Origin: Gemmatimonadales bacterium
GTDB taxonomy: Bacteria; Gemmatimonadota; Gemmatimonadetes; Gemmatimonadales; Gemmatimonadaceae
Assembly (NCBI GenBank): GCA_038323865.1
Contig: JBBQHJ010000003.1
Span: forward strand, 1,385-65,384
Length of the DNA stretch: 64,000 bases
Direction of reading: 5' to 3'
Shown: positions 7,867 to 17,847 of the stretch, in pieces
How positions within the stretch are numbered: position 1 is the first letter of the stretch
Layout: each line of letters opens with the position of its first letter
Program-made: the position numbers and the translations under genes
Notes under the pieces: model-generated
What the model saw: only the letters and a program-made list of their open reading frames with translations
Database searches by the model: none
Told to the model about the DNA's origin: nothing

Positions 7867-9543
7867 ATGAATCAGCGATATCTTCTCGCGCTCGTACTGA
7901 CCGCCATCGTCATCGTCATTACGCCGCTCGTGTTCTCCAAGGGAACGCGTCCGACAATTCCCGTGGATAGCGCGCAATTGCGCGTTGGTAATACTCAAAC
8001 GTCTGTGGTGGCAGAGACAGCCGTGCAGACTGCGCCGCTCCTCGAGAGTCAGGCGATCAAAACACCAGTACTGGTGGGGGACACACTGCGGGCGCGGAGC
8101 CCGCGGGCGCAGTATCTCTTTTCCAATGCCGGTGGCGCCCCTGTCGCAGTAACACTCGACAGCTACCCATCTCGACGGCCAGGATCGCAGCACAAAAGTG
8201 CCGAATTGATCGCAGGTGATGATCGTCTCGTTCGCTATACGCTCGTGACGCCGCGTGATACAATCGCGCTAGACACCGTACAGCTGGCACGTGCGGAGGG
8301 CGGAGCAGGCACGGTCGAGTACTCCGGAGTGGTCAATGGAGCGCCGCTCCGAATTTCATACGCAATTCCATCGACCGCCAAGGACGATTATCTCCTGCAC
8401 GTCAATGTCTCGCTCGGCGGAGCACCAGAGAACAGTTCGCTGCACATACAGCTCGCAAAGCAGCTGTTCTCGAATGAGCCGGATACCAGCGATGATCTGG
8501 GACATCTTGCCATCAGCTATCGGCCGGCACGTGGTAGCGTAGAAAGCGTTGGCTATTCGAAGCTCGACACCGTAGAAAGGCGCGTCGAGCAAGGGCCGCT
8601 CAACTGGGTCGGCATTCGAAACAAGTACTTCTTGATCGCCGTTCGCGGTACGTCATCGCCATTCTCGGGGCTCAGTATTCTTGGAGTTCCCAAGACAGGA
8701 AGGGCTGTCTCGCATGCAGCGACAGTTGTAGCCCTGCCGCTCAAGGGCGGTACTGCAACTTTTGACATCTACTCGGGCCCCCAGGATTTCGAACGTTTGC
8801 AACAGCTTGGTGGGGACCTCGACCAGGTTAATCCGTATGCCGGTTGGTTCCACGGTGTGGTACAGCCAGTTGCCGCCGTAGTAATGCGTGTGCTGCTCTG
8901 GATGAAGCGCAGCACACATCTGAACTACGGATGGGTGCTCGTACTTTTCGGTGTGGCGATTCGACTACTTCTCTGGCCGCTCAACCAGAGTGCGATGCGC
9001 ACCAGCATGAAGATGCAGCGTCTCCAACCATCACTGCAGGCACTCCAGAAGAAGCATTCTGACGATCCGCAGAAGCAGCAGGAGGCCATCATGAAGCTCT
9101 ACAAAGAGCATGACATGAGCCCATTGAGTCCGCTCATGGGATGCCTTCCGATGCTGCTGCCAATGCCGGTGCTCTTTGCGCTGTACTTCGTGTTCAACAA
9201 CACGATTGAGTTCCGGGGTGTTTCATTCCTCTGGCTTCCGGACATCTCGCTTCGTGATCCGTACTTCATCACGCCGCTGCTCATGGGCGCGTCGATGTAC
9301 CTGATGTCGTGGATCGGCATGCGGAACGCCCCGCCGAACCCGCAGGCGAAGATGATGAGCTACATGATGCCGGTGATGTTGACGGCACTGTTCTTCAATT
9401 TCGCGTCTGGCTTGAATCTCTATTACGCCGTGCAGAACCTCGCCGCGATTCCACAGCAATGGCTGTTAGCCCAGGAGCGTGGAAAGAACCCACCGCCTGA
9501 AACGGCAACGGTATCATCCGGGCGCCGAAAACGAACGGCCTGA
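7867..9543 (+). CDS. yidC: Membrane protein insertase YidC
   Basis: 558 aa with an N-terminal TM segment, a large periplasmic domain, and the C-terminal 60-kDa IMP core (WGWVLVLFGVAIRLLLWPL...MKLYKEHDMSPL...LNLYYAVQNL). Confidence 0.9.
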   Translation: MNQRYLLALVLTAIVIVITPLVFSKGTRPTIPVDSAQLRVGNTQTSVVAETAVQTAPLLESQAIKTPVLVGDTLRARSPRAQYLFSNAGGAPVAVTLDSYPSRRPGSQHKSAELIAGDDRLVRYTLVTPRDTIALDTVQLARAEGGAGTVEYSGVVNGAPLRISYAIPSTAKDDYLLHVNVSLGGAPENSSLHIQLAKQLFSNEPDTSDDLGHLAISYRPARGSVESVGYSKLDTVERRVEQGPLNWVGIRNKYFLIAVRGTSSPFSGLSILGVPKTGRAVSHAATVVALPLKGGTATFDIYSGPQDFERLQQLGGDLDQVNPYAGWFHGVVQPVAAVVMRVLLWMKRSTHLNYGWVLVLFGVAIRLLLWPLNQSAMRTSMKMQRLQPSLQALQKKHSDDPQKQQEAIMKLYKEHDMSPLSPLMGCLPMLLPMPVLFALYFVFNNTIEFRGVSFLWLPDISLRDPYFITPLLMGASMYLMSWIGMRNAPPNPQAKMMSYMMPVMLTALFFNFASGLNLYYAVQNLAAIPQQWLLAQERGKNPPPETATVSSGRRKRTA

Positions 9544-9612
9544 CTTCGACGATCTGCAGCCAGTACAGGGCGCACCGAACGTACTGGCGCGCCCTGTGCT
9601 CATACGGGCTTT

Positions 9613-10416
9613 GTGCAGATCACTTACATCGGGCATGCGACGCTTTTGATTGAAATTGGGGGTCTTCGGCTCATTACCGATCCCAATTTCGAAAACGCAC
9701 TGGGGCGCTTTCTGCCACGGGTGACAGCGCCGGGCATTGCTCTTGAGAAGCTTCCCGAATTGCACGGAATTCTCCTGACGCACGCGCATGCGGATCACCT
9801 CTCCTTCAAGTCGTTGGACAAGCTGTCTTCAACAATCCCCTTGATCGCACCACCGGCCATCGCCAGATGGCTTCAACGGAAGGGGTATTCACATGCAATT
9901 CCATTCGACGAGGGCCAAACGCATCTAATGCCAGGTGGTGTGCAAATCCATGCTGCCCGAGCAACGCATCGGGGCAATCGCTATGGATTTGATCGCTGGC
10001 GAAGTGCGGCGAACATGTACCTCATCGAGGCGGGCCCCGAGAGCGTCTTTTTTGCTGGTGACACAGCGCTCACGGAGAGGACACACCATCTGATCGAGCG
10101 CGTTTTGTGGTCAGTGAACCGGCAGTTGGATGTCGCACTCCTTCCCATCGGCTATGCGCCATCCTGGAAGCCGGGCTTTCGACGTGGCCACCTCACTGGT
10201 GACGACGCGCTCGCGCTGTTCGAGATCCTGAAGGCCAGAGCCATGCTGCCCTATCACTGGGGCGCGTTTCACCATGTCACGGCGACTGCATTCGATGCCA
10301 TCAATCGTCTCCGTGAGTCTCTCACCCATTTCGCTAGACGCGACCAGGTGCACATCCTTGAACCTGGTGAAAAATTGGACGTAAATAGCGACGACATACG
10401 ACCAATTCGTACGTGA
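9613..10416 (+). CDS. MBL-fold metallo-hydrolase
   Basis: 267 aa with the H-x-H-x-D-H motif (THAHADH) and a downstream His/Asp pattern. Confidence 0.75.
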   Translation: MQITYIGHATLLIEIGGLRLITDPNFENALGRFLPRVTAPGIALEKLPELHGILLTHAHADHLSFKSLDKLSSTIPLIAPPAIARWLQRKGYSHAIPFDEGQTHLMPGGVQIHAARATHRGNRYGFDRWRSAANMYLIEAGPESVFFAGDTALTERTHHLIERVLWSVNRQLDVALLPIGYAPSWKPGFRRGHLTGDDALALFEILKARAMLPYHWGAFHHVTATAFDAINRLRESLTHFARRDQVHILEPGEKLDVNSDDIRPIRT

Positions 10417-11783
10417 CGAGCACGGACCTCAAAGGCATACTCCCCGAAAGCGAATCAACAATTGCCGCAATTGCATCGGCCTCCGGGCGAGGTGCGATTG
10501 CCGTGGTACGTATCAGCGGCTCGGCGGCCCACGAGGTCGCGCGAAAGCTTCTTCGTCCAATGCCGACAGATGCGCGGCAACTAGGGCGCTGCACCGTTCA
10601 TGACGTAGACGGAGCGCTGCTCGACGACGCAATAGCGTGGTGGTTCAAGGGACCGCACTCATATACAGGGGAAGACGTTGTCGAGATTTCCACTCACGGT
10701 GGTCTCGTTGTTCCTCAAGCCGTTCTACGTGCTGCTATTCAAGCCGGGGCACGGCTGGCCGAGCCAGGGGAGTTCACGCGTCGCGCCGTGCTGAATGGAA
10801 AGTTGGACCTGATCCAGGCAGAAGCCGTCGCAGACCTCATCGATGCGCGCAGCTCGGCAGCGCACCGACAGGGACTCAGGCAGCTGGATGGTGGCCTCTC
10901 CCAGCAACTCCTCAGGCTTCGAGAGCAGCTGTTGGTGGTCGAAAGCATGCTTGTGTATGACATCGACTTTCCCGAGGAAGACGACGGCCCAATTCCACGT
11001 GATCGGATTCTCGCATCAGCGCGTGATCTCCAATCGGCCCTTGAGCAACTCATCGCGACCGGCGCACGTGGCGAACTAATTCACGATGGTGCCCTGGTCG
11101 TACTCGCCGGAGCACCAAATGTCGGAAAATCGTCACTCTTCAACGCGCTGCTGGGTGAAGCCCGCGCCATAGTGACGAGCCTTGCCGGAACAACACGTGA
11201 TGCGATCGAGGCGGTGCTTGATCTTCCAGGATATCCGCTACGGCTTGTTGATACTGCGGGGCTGCGTGATACCGGAGATCCCATCGAGCTGTTGGGCATT
11301 GAAACGACAGCGCGCTATCTGGGACAAGCCGCCGTTGTGCTCGCCTGTGTGGAGCCTGAGACAGCCCGCGAAACGCTACAGACATTACAACGCCACACAA
11401 CGGCGCCAGTGATTGTCGTAGGCATGAAGAGCGATACGACGCAGGGACAGTACGACACCATACCGGACGCGATGGTCAGTGCAACCACGCGTGCCGGTCT
11501 TCACGAGCTGCTGGAGCATGTGGAGGGTGTCATCAAGGCGTCTCACGGGACGAATGCACCTGACGAGTTCACACTAACACGCACACGCCATCGCGTCCTT
11601 GTAGGACGCGCTCACATAGAAGTCAAAGACTTCATCGATGTGTGGATGCGTGACCAACTGCCAGCTCCCGTTGCCGCGACACACGTTCGAGAAGCGGCGT
11701 CCGCGCTTGGAGAGCTCATTGGAAGCATTCACGTCGAGGACATCCTCGACGTGGTGTTTCGCAGCTTTTGTGTAGGGAAGTAG
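10413..11783 (+). CDS. mnmE: tRNA modification GTPase MnmE (TrmE)
   Basis: 456 aa. N-terminal IAAIASASGRGAIAVVRISG, G1 motif GAPNVGKSSL, DTAGLR, and the C-terminal FCVGK tetrapeptide. The GTGA start overlaps the upstream stop. Confidence 0.95.
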   Translation: MTSTDLKGILPESESTIAAIASASGRGAIAVVRISGSAAHEVARKLLRPMPTDARQLGRCTVHDVDGALLDDAIAWWFKGPHSYTGEDVVEISTHGGLVVPQAVLRAAIQAGARLAEPGEFTRRAVLNGKLDLIQAEAVADLIDARSSAAHRQGLRQLDGGLSQQLLRLREQLLVVESMLVYDIDFPEEDDGPIPRDRILASARDLQSALEQLIATGARGELIHDGALVVLAGAPNVGKSSLFNALLGEARAIVTSLAGTTRDAIEAVLDLPGYPLRLVDTAGLRDTGDPIELLGIETTARYLGQAAVVLACVEPETARETLQTLQRHTTAPVIVVGMKSDTTQGQYDTIPDAMVSATTRAGLHELLEHVEGVIKASHGTNAPDEFTLTRTRHRVLVGRAHIEVKDFIDVWMRDQLPAPVAATHVREAASALGELIGSIHVEDILDVVFRSFCVGK

Positions 11784-11787
11784 GCGG

Positions 11788-12726
11788 CTAAGCCGTCGCG
11801 GCCGCGTCGCGCGCAAGCGCGTCGAGCTCACCAGCACTCGCGCGAATGGCCCATGCCATACCGCGTTCGGCGATGGCCGCTTCCACCATGCGTGCGCCGA
11901 GGTAATAGCCGCTGCGCTCCGGGAGAACGTATCGATCGACTGTGCGTGCCTCGTCGCTCATGCCGCCAGAGAGATAGCGCAATCGAAGGCCTAGGCCTGC
12001 ACGATCCAGGTCCTCGCTCACGGCACGTGTGACGACAGATTCCAGCTCACGGACGCGCGCGAATTGTCGCCGTGCGAAACCGAAATACTCCCACGCCGCA
12101 TGGCCGGGGCTGATCATCTGCGAGACGTGAACAGCGAGACCTTCATTTACCAACAGCTCACGCAAGGGCGCGAGCTGGCCCGTATCCCAATAGGAGTAGT
12201 AGCCATTGGCCGCCTCGACGAGATGACGCATTTCACTGCGACTTGTGGGCGACGTATAGCGCACGGCGTGCGCATGCTCGTGAGCAAGCCAGAGGGGAAG
12301 CAGTTCAGGGTCGAGGCCAAGACCCTGTGTGTCCGGATTGGCTACCGAGGTGAAATGCTCAAGGCAGACAAAGCCGATACCACGACCGTCGACCACGAGT
12401 TCGCCCGCATTGGCGGCTCCGACGCCGACCATCAAGACGATATCGACGTCGGTATCCTGAGCGAGCAACTCCGCAGTGAGTTGTTCCGTCGTCCGCGCAA
12501 GGCTTACCACATCGGTGCGCTCGAGCATCTCGAGAAGATCTGTACGGTCCGCGAGCGCGGTTGCGCGAACTACGTCACCGAAGTGAGGCCCTTCGGGGTC
12601 AACGACGTAGTTGTGCCAGTAAGGATCGAGGAGACGGCGGTGGGCTTGGAAGTAGCGCTGGTAGGCGGCGACGCGATCGGTGCTATTGAGTACTGCGAAA
12701 AAATCAGGCAGCAGGTTGATCAGCAT
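11788..12726 (-). CDS. Hypothetical Zn-protease-like protein (HExxH; DUF2268-like)
   Basis: 312-aa ORF with LAHEHAHAV (H-E-x-x-H). The family assignment is from memory of DUF2268 and has not been searched. Confidence 0.5.
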   Translation of the reverse strand: MLINLLPDFFAVLNSTDRVAAYQRYFQAHRRLLDPYWHNYVVDPEGPHFGDVVRATALADRTDLLEMLERTDVVSLARTTEQLTAELLAQDTDVDIVLMVGVGAANAGELVVDGRGIGFVCLEHFTSVANPDTQGLGLDPELLPLWLAHEHAHAVRYTSPTSRSEMRHLVEAANGYYSYWDTGQLAPLRELLVNEGLAVHVSQMISPGHAAWEYFGFARRQFARVRELESVVTRAVSEDLDRAGLGLRLRYLSGGMSDEARTVDRYVLPERSGYYLGARMVEAAIAERGMAWAIRASAGELDALARDAAATA

Positions 12727-12926
12727 TCTAGCCGGAAGCTACCTGCGTAAGAGCGAGGCGAGGACCCGTTGCACGAACGGGAGCGCCAGAAATCGTGGCG
12801 CGTTTGGACGCGGAATGATAGCCGCGATGAAACGCGTGAACAAGAGACATCGCACAACCAACTGGCATTGGCACGCTTCTTTCCTTGGTATTCCTCGAAA
12901 GAAGGTCGTGCGGCAAGGAGAATTGG

Positions 12927-13580
12927 ATGACGACGCTCCAGCAGATCGAGTTGCGCTGTCCCGTGTGCGAAACGCGGTTCAGATCACAGCAAGTGATTTC
13001 GACGAATTCATTCGGCGGCAAACGCACGGATTTTCACGAGCGTGCCGCCGGGACGCAGCCATTGCCGTTCCTGATCCACATGTGCAACCGGTGTGGCTAC
13101 TCAGGGGCTGAGCGGGATTTTACAGAAGAAGCGGAGGTAACGCCTGTTCTGCGTGAGCACGTCTGGAACGAGCTGGCCCCGCAAGTGTCGACGTGCGCCG
13201 TTGCCGGCTCTGAGAAATACGAAGCAGCGGCGAAAGTAGCGGAATGGCAGGGGCTCGACGCTCGCCATGTTGCCGACCTTCTACTGCGCGCTGCTTGGTG
13301 TTGCGTTGACGAAGGCGACAGTGAAGCTGAACGCTTCTTCCGTCGAAAGGCGGCGTGGAAGTTCGAAGAAGCGCTGTCGAGCTACGATGGTGTCGCGCGT
13401 GAGGAACGTGGCGTGTTGACGTATCTGGTCGGCGAGTTATGGCGACGTGTTGGTGATATGCGTATTGCCACGCAATGGTTCAACGTCGTGCCATCGGAAA
13501 TCACGGACGTTGCCGCGCAGCAATGGGTGCTCGACGCCTCTCGGCAGCAGCGCGACTGCCCGCGGGAGTGGTTCGGCTGA
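12927..13580 (+). CDS. DUF2225-like zinc-ribbon protein
   Basis: Split zinc ribbon CPVCETRF...CNRCGYS followed by a helical C-terminal region. AAGGAG lies 7 nt upstream of ATG 12927; the track ORF starts at 12885. Confidence 0.55.
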   Translation: MTTLQQIELRCPVCETRFRSQQVISTNSFGGKRTDFHERAAGTQPLPFLIHMCNRCGYSGAERDFTEEAEVTPVLREHVWNELAPQVSTCAVAGSEKYEAAAKVAEWQGLDARHVADLLLRAAWCCVDEGDSEAERFFRRKAAWKFEEALSSYDGVAREERGVLTYLVGELWRRVGDMRIATQWFNVVPSEITDVAAQQWVLDASRQQRDCPREWFG

Positions 13581-13587
13581 TTCGGCG

Positions 13588-14235
13588 CTAACGCGTACCG
13601 AACAAGCGATCACCCGCGTCACCGAGCCCGGGCAGGATGTACCCCTGTTCGTTGAGCTCACGGTCGAGCGCAGCGCAGTACACGATCACATCCGGGTGAG
13701 CCTCAGCAAGGCGGCGCACACCTTCCGGTGCTGCGACAAGGCAGAGGAAGCGAATGCGCGTTGCTCCGGCTCGTTTGAGTGAAGCAACCGCGGCCGCAGC
13801 GCTCCCTCCGGTGGCCAGCATGGGGTCCAGCAGGAAAAAATCTCGCTCGCCGGCGTCACCAGGAACCTTGAAGTAGTAGTCGACCGGTTCGAGTGTATCG
13901 TGATCACGATAGAGGCCGATATGGCCGACACGTGCTGCCGGAACAAGCCGCGCAACGCCCTCCACCATACCCAAACCCGCGCGAAGGATGGGCACGAGCG
14001 TCAGCTTCTTGCCGGCGACTCGCATTCCAGTGGTGCGCTCCAGGGGCGTTTCAACGGGAGCGGACTCGAGCGAGAGTTCGCTGGTGGCCTCGTAGGCGAT
14101 CAGCGTGGCAATCTCATCGACGAGTTCCTTGAAGATCTTGGTCGGCGTTGCCCGATCACGCAGGATAGAGAGCTTGTGCTGAACGAGCGGATGTGAAGCA
14201 ACGCGAAGCGTGGGAAACGCCGGGGTGGTGTCCAT
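13588..14235 (-). CDS. upp: Uracil phosphoribosyltransferase
   Basis: [13 protein letters not shown]..., the PRPP loop [14 protein letters not shown], and the C-terminal [16 protein letters not shown]. Start placed at ATG 14235; the track ORF extends to 14376. Confidence 0.9.
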   Translation of the reverse strand: MDTTPAFPTLRVASHPLVQHKLSILRDRATPTKIFKELVDEIATLIAYEATSELSLESAPVETPLERTTGMRVAGKKLTLVPILRAGLGMVEGVARLVPAARVGHIGLYRDHDTLEPVDYYFKVPGDAGERDFFLLDPMLATGGSAAAAVASLKRAGATRIRFLCLVAAPEGVRRLAEAHPDVIVYCAALDRELNEQGYILPGLGDAGDRLFGTR

Positions 14236-14262
14236 GTGGCGGAAGCTACTAACTTCGCGCGC

Positions 14263-14448
14263 ATGAAAGAATACCAAGCTGTGATGCTGCGCCTCTCGCG
14301 TCATGCGCGCGATGACGAAGACGCGCTGACGGATCTCCTGAACGAGCGAAGCCGGGCCGGGTGGCGGCCCGCCCATCTGTCACAGGACGCTCATCGACTC
14401 ACTGTCATCTTCGAGCGTCCAAGCGACCGTACGAGCGGCGAGACATGA
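14263..14448 (+). CDS. Small hypothetical protein (DUF4177-like)
   Basis: 61-aa frame MKEYQAVML...[15 protein letters not shown]...TVIFER. Its stop overlaps the next start (ATGA at 14445-14448), suggesting translational coupling. Confidence 0.45.
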   Translation: MKEYQAVMLRLSRHARDDEDALTDLLNERSRAGWRPAHLSQDAHRLTVIFERPSDRTSGET

Positions 14449-15836
14449 AGATCACATTTGCGGGTGCTGCGAGAGAGGTGACGGGCTCCTGTCACATCCT
14501 CGAGGTTGGCGGGAAAACGGTGTTGCTGGACTGCGGCATGTTTCAGGGACGACGCACCGAGACGCAGAGCAAGAACCAGCGACTGCCCATCGACGTGGAC
14601 CGCATCGACGCCGTTGTTCTTTCTCACGCGCACATCGATCACTCGGGACGGTTGCCGTTGCTCATCAGCCATGGCTACAGAAAGGCCATCCATTGTACGG
14701 CTGCCACACGCGATCTCGCCGCGATCATGCTCGCTGATAGCGCGCACATCCAGGAATCGGATGCGAGGTATCTGGCGAAGCGGAAGAAGGAAGTCATCGA
14801 GCCGCTGTACAGCATGCGAGATGCGGCGAAGACGGTGGAAGTCATGGTTGGCCAGCCATACAACACAGCATTCGACGTTGTGCCCGGAGTTCGGGCGACA
14901 TTCACGGATGCCGGGCACATTCTCGGATCGGCGTCTGTCGTGCTCGAATGCACAGAGGGCACAGCAACCAAGCGCATCGTGTTCTCGGGAGACATCGGTC
15001 GGGCGGGGCTCCCGATCATTCGTGATCCGCAGCCACCAACGGGCGGGGCGGACGTGGTGCTTCTCGAATCAACGTACGGAAACCGCGAACACCCACCGGT
15101 CGCGGGCGCGCGCGCGCAGCTGGCAAAGATCGTGTCCGACACAGCGGCACGAGGCGGAAAAATCCTAGTCCCGGCATTTTCTGTCGGACGCACGCAAGAA
15201 CTCGTATACGACCTGCATGTTCTTGCACGAGAGGGACGGATTCCGGAGATTCCGATCTATATCGACAGCCCGCTAGCAATCGATGCAACAACCGTTTTCG
15301 CCATGCACCCCGAGGTCTTTGATCAAGGGGAAGATCTCATTCAGCGTGTGTCGGACCTGTTTCACTTCCCACTCGTGCGATACACACGAGAGGCAAGCGA
15401 ATCGAAGGCGTTGAATTCCAGCCATGGGCCGATGATGATCATAGCCGCATCCGGCATGGCCGAGGCCGGGCGCATTCTGCATCATCTCGCGAATCACGCG
15501 AGTGATCCGAGAACGACCGTACTCATAGTCGGGTTTCAGGCGGAGCACACGCTTGGGCGGCGAATCGTTGAGCGCAAACCGGTCATTCGAGTACTCGGCG
15601 AAGACATTCCGCTTCGTGCCCGCGTCGAGGTCCTTGGCGGATACTCCGCCCATGGCGACCGGCACGAGCTGCAGGCATGGCTTGACGTCGTGCGGGCAGG
15701 CAGGCCGGCGCAAACACCAGCCGTGTATCTCGTGCACGGGGAGGCGAACGTGCAAGACGAATTCGCGGAGCAACTACGCGGAGCGGGGTATCCACAGGTT
15801 CACGCGCCAGAACCGTACGAGAGCATCACGCTGTAG
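14445..15836 (+). CDS. MBL-fold beta-CASP RNA-metabolising hydrolase
   Basis: [17 protein letters not shown]..., LSHAHIDHSGRLP, and beta-CASP/RMMBL-type C-terminal motifs (ESTYG, GYSAHGD). Confidence 0.8.
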   Translation: MKITFAGAAREVTGSCHILEVGGKTVLLDCGMFQGRRTETQSKNQRLPIDVDRIDAVVLSHAHIDHSGRLPLLISHGYRKAIHCTAATRDLAAIMLADSAHIQESDARYLAKRKKEVIEPLYSMRDAAKTVEVMVGQPYNTAFDVVPGVRATFTDAGHILGSASVVLECTEGTATKRIVFSGDIGRAGLPIIRDPQPPTGGADVVLLESTYGNREHPPVAGARAQLAKIVSDTAARGGKILVPAFSVGRTQELVYDLHVLAREGRIPEIPIYIDSPLAIDATTVFAMHPEVFDQGEDLIQRVSDLFHFPLVRYTREASESKALNSSHGPMMIIAASGMAEAGRILHHLANHASDPRTTVLIVGFQAEHTLGRRIVERKPVIRVLGEDIPLRARVEVLGGYSAHGDRHELQAWLDVVRAGRPAQTPAVYLVHGEANVQDEFAEQLRGAGYPQVHAPEPYESITL

Positions 15837-15885
15837 GGTGTGCCCGCGCTTCGCCGTCGTGACGTCGCGTGCTAGCTTCACAGGA

Positions 15886-16497
15886 ATGCAGCGTCGCCGG
15901 TCGATACTCGCCACGATTGCTCTCGCAGCGGCAGCTGCCGTCGTGATGGGCTGGCTCCTTTCGTTTGGGGCCGTTCTGTACTGGGAGACGCAAGACCAAG
16001 CTCGCCCTGTCGGCGCGATTGTTGTGCTGGGGGCAGCGCAGTACGTCGGCAGACCGTCACCGGTGTTACGGGCGCGACTCGATCATGCCATTTCGCTCTT
16101 CAAGCGACAGCTGGCGCCAAATCTCATCGTGACAGGCGGCAAGGGGACCGGCGACACAACGAGTGAAGCCGCGGTGAGCGGACGCTATGCTGAGCAGCGT
16201 GGTGTCCCGGCGTCCGTGATTCTTCTGGAGAATACTGGTCGTACGACGAGCCAATCCATGGCCGGCGTCGCCGCGCTGATGCGTGGGCAGCACCGTCGCG
16301 ACGTACTTCTTGTGAGCGATCCGTTTCACATGCTGCGGTTGGTGATCATCGCGCGAAAATACGGACTCGAGCCCTACGCATCGCCAACACCGACGAGTCC
16401 GATCGCAGCAAGCCGTGTTGAGCGCTGGAAATACGCGCTCGGTGAATCGGTGAAAGTGCCGCTGACCATTTTGTTTGAGCATGGCGACACAAATTAG
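15886..16497 (+). CDS. YdcF/ElyC-family (DUF218) protein
   Basis: N-terminal TM segment, then IVVLGAAQ...RLDHAISLFKRQLAPNLIVTGGKG...SEAAV...LLVSDPFHMLR. Start at ATG 15886; the upstream part of the track ORF overlaps the preceding gene. Confidence 0.7.
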   Translation: MQRRRSILATIALAAAAAVVMGWLLSFGAVLYWETQDQARPVGAIVVLGAAQYVGRPSPVLRARLDHAISLFKRQLAPNLIVTGGKGTGDTTSEAAVSGRYAEQRGVPASVILLENTGRTTSQSMAGVAALMRGQHRRDVLLVSDPFHMLRLVIIARKYGLEPYASPTPTSPIAASRVERWKYALGESVKVPLTILFEHGDTN

Positions 16498-16533
16498 TAC
16501 TGATATGACACTAAAGAACACCACCACTCGATC

Positions 16534-17847
16534 ATGCACATACCAATAGACGCGTATCAGCTCGACAATGGTCTTCGTGTGATTTTCTCGGAGGATCACA
16601 CGGCGCCGATCGTTGCCGTGAATCTCTGGTATCATGTCGGCTCAGCGAATGAGCGGCCTGGACGCACGGGGTTCGCGCACCTCTTCGAGCACATGCTGTT
16701 CCAAGGCTCAGCCGATGTCGGCGCCAATGAGCATTTCGAGATCATCCAACGAGCCGGCGGCACGCTGAATGGGTCGACGTGGCTCGAGCGTACGAACTAC
16801 TACGAGACGGTTCCGTCGAATCAACTCGAGATTGCGCTGTGGCTCGAGGCCAACCGTATGGGCTATCTGCTGCCGGCGATGACGCAGCAGAAGCTCGACA
16901 CCCAGCGTGACGTCGTACAGAACGAGCGACGGTGGTCAATGGACAACCAACCGTACGGTTCCTGGTGGGAACGTTTGCCCGCACTGTGTTTCCCAGTCGA
17001 GCATCCGTTTCATCATTCGTTGATCGGGTCAATGTCCGACCTGGATGCGGCGAGTCTCGACGACATCGCACACTTCTTTGCTACGTACTACACGCCCGAC
17101 AATGCGGTGCTGACTATTTCCGGCGACTTTGATCCATCCGAAGTACGGGAAATGGTGAAGCGACATTTCGCCGGCATCGCTCGAGGCAGCAATCGCCCTC
17201 CGCTTCCAGACATGTCGCTTCCAAAAACGTTCGGTGAGCCTTCGAGGGAGGTTGTTGAAGACGATGTCATGCTGCCGCGTGTATTCATCGCTGCGCGCTC
17301 ACCAGTGTTTGGCAGCGCCGACTACTACGCGGCGAGTGTGACGAGCGCGATCCTCGGACTGAAGAAGGGAAGTCGCTTGCATCGTCACCTGGTACGAGAA
17401 CAGCAAACCGCGGCGGAGGCGACGGCTTTCACATACGATCTCGCAAAGGGCAGCGATATCTTTGTCGTGGATGTAACGGCGCGTCCGGGAATTGCCGCGG
17501 AGCAACTCGAGCAGGCGGTAATGAGCGAGCTTGATCACCTCGTCACCGAACGGGTGACGGACGACGAAGTCGCGCGCGCTATTGCATTGGTTGAGACGGA
17601 CTTGGTCGTTGCACTGCAGTCAGCCGGTGAGCGTGCCGATCGTCTTTCGATGTTTGCCACATACTTCGGTGATCCCGCGCTGGTCAACGTGCAGGCGGAA
17701 CGCTATCGCGAAGTAACGGCGGAGCGTGTCAACACGTTCATTGGCGAACGGCTCGGGGCTGACAACCGAGCGGTGCTGATGTTTGTGCCGCGTGGGGCGG
17801 GAAGTGACAACGAGAACGCATCGCTTGCAGCAGCGGGTGCGCAATGA
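16534..17847 (+). CDS. M16-family zinc peptidase (active subunit)
   Basis: Inverted zinc motif HLFEH (H-x-x-E-H) followed by downstream NGSTWLERTNYY. Confidence 0.85.
   Translation: MHIPIDAYQLDNGLRVIFSEDHTAPIVAVNLWYHVGSANERPGRTGFAHLFEHMLFQGSADVGANEHFEIIQRAGGTLNGSTWLERTNYYETVPSNQLEIALWLEANRMGYLLPAMTQQKLDTQRDVVQNERRWSMDNQPYGSWWERLPALCFPVEHPFHHSLIGSMSDLDAASLDDIAHFFATYYTPDNAVLTISGDFDPSEVREMVKRHFAGIARGSNRPPLPDMSLPKTFGEPSREVVEDDVMLPRVFIAARSPVFGSADYYAASVTSAILGLKKGSRLHRHLVREQQTAAEATAFTYDLAKGSDIFVVDVTARPGIAAEQLEQAVMSELDHLVTERVTDDEVARAIALVETDLVVALQSAGERADRLSMFATYFGDPALVNVQAERYREVTAERVNTFIGERLGADNRAVLMFVPRGAGSDNENASLAAAGAQ

Noticed and set aside
9565-9596. The ACAGGGCGC...GCGCCCTGT hairpin after yidC, considered as a terminator.
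   Set aside because: There is no U-tract, and the next gene starts 17 nt later on the same strand. It was kept only as a note.
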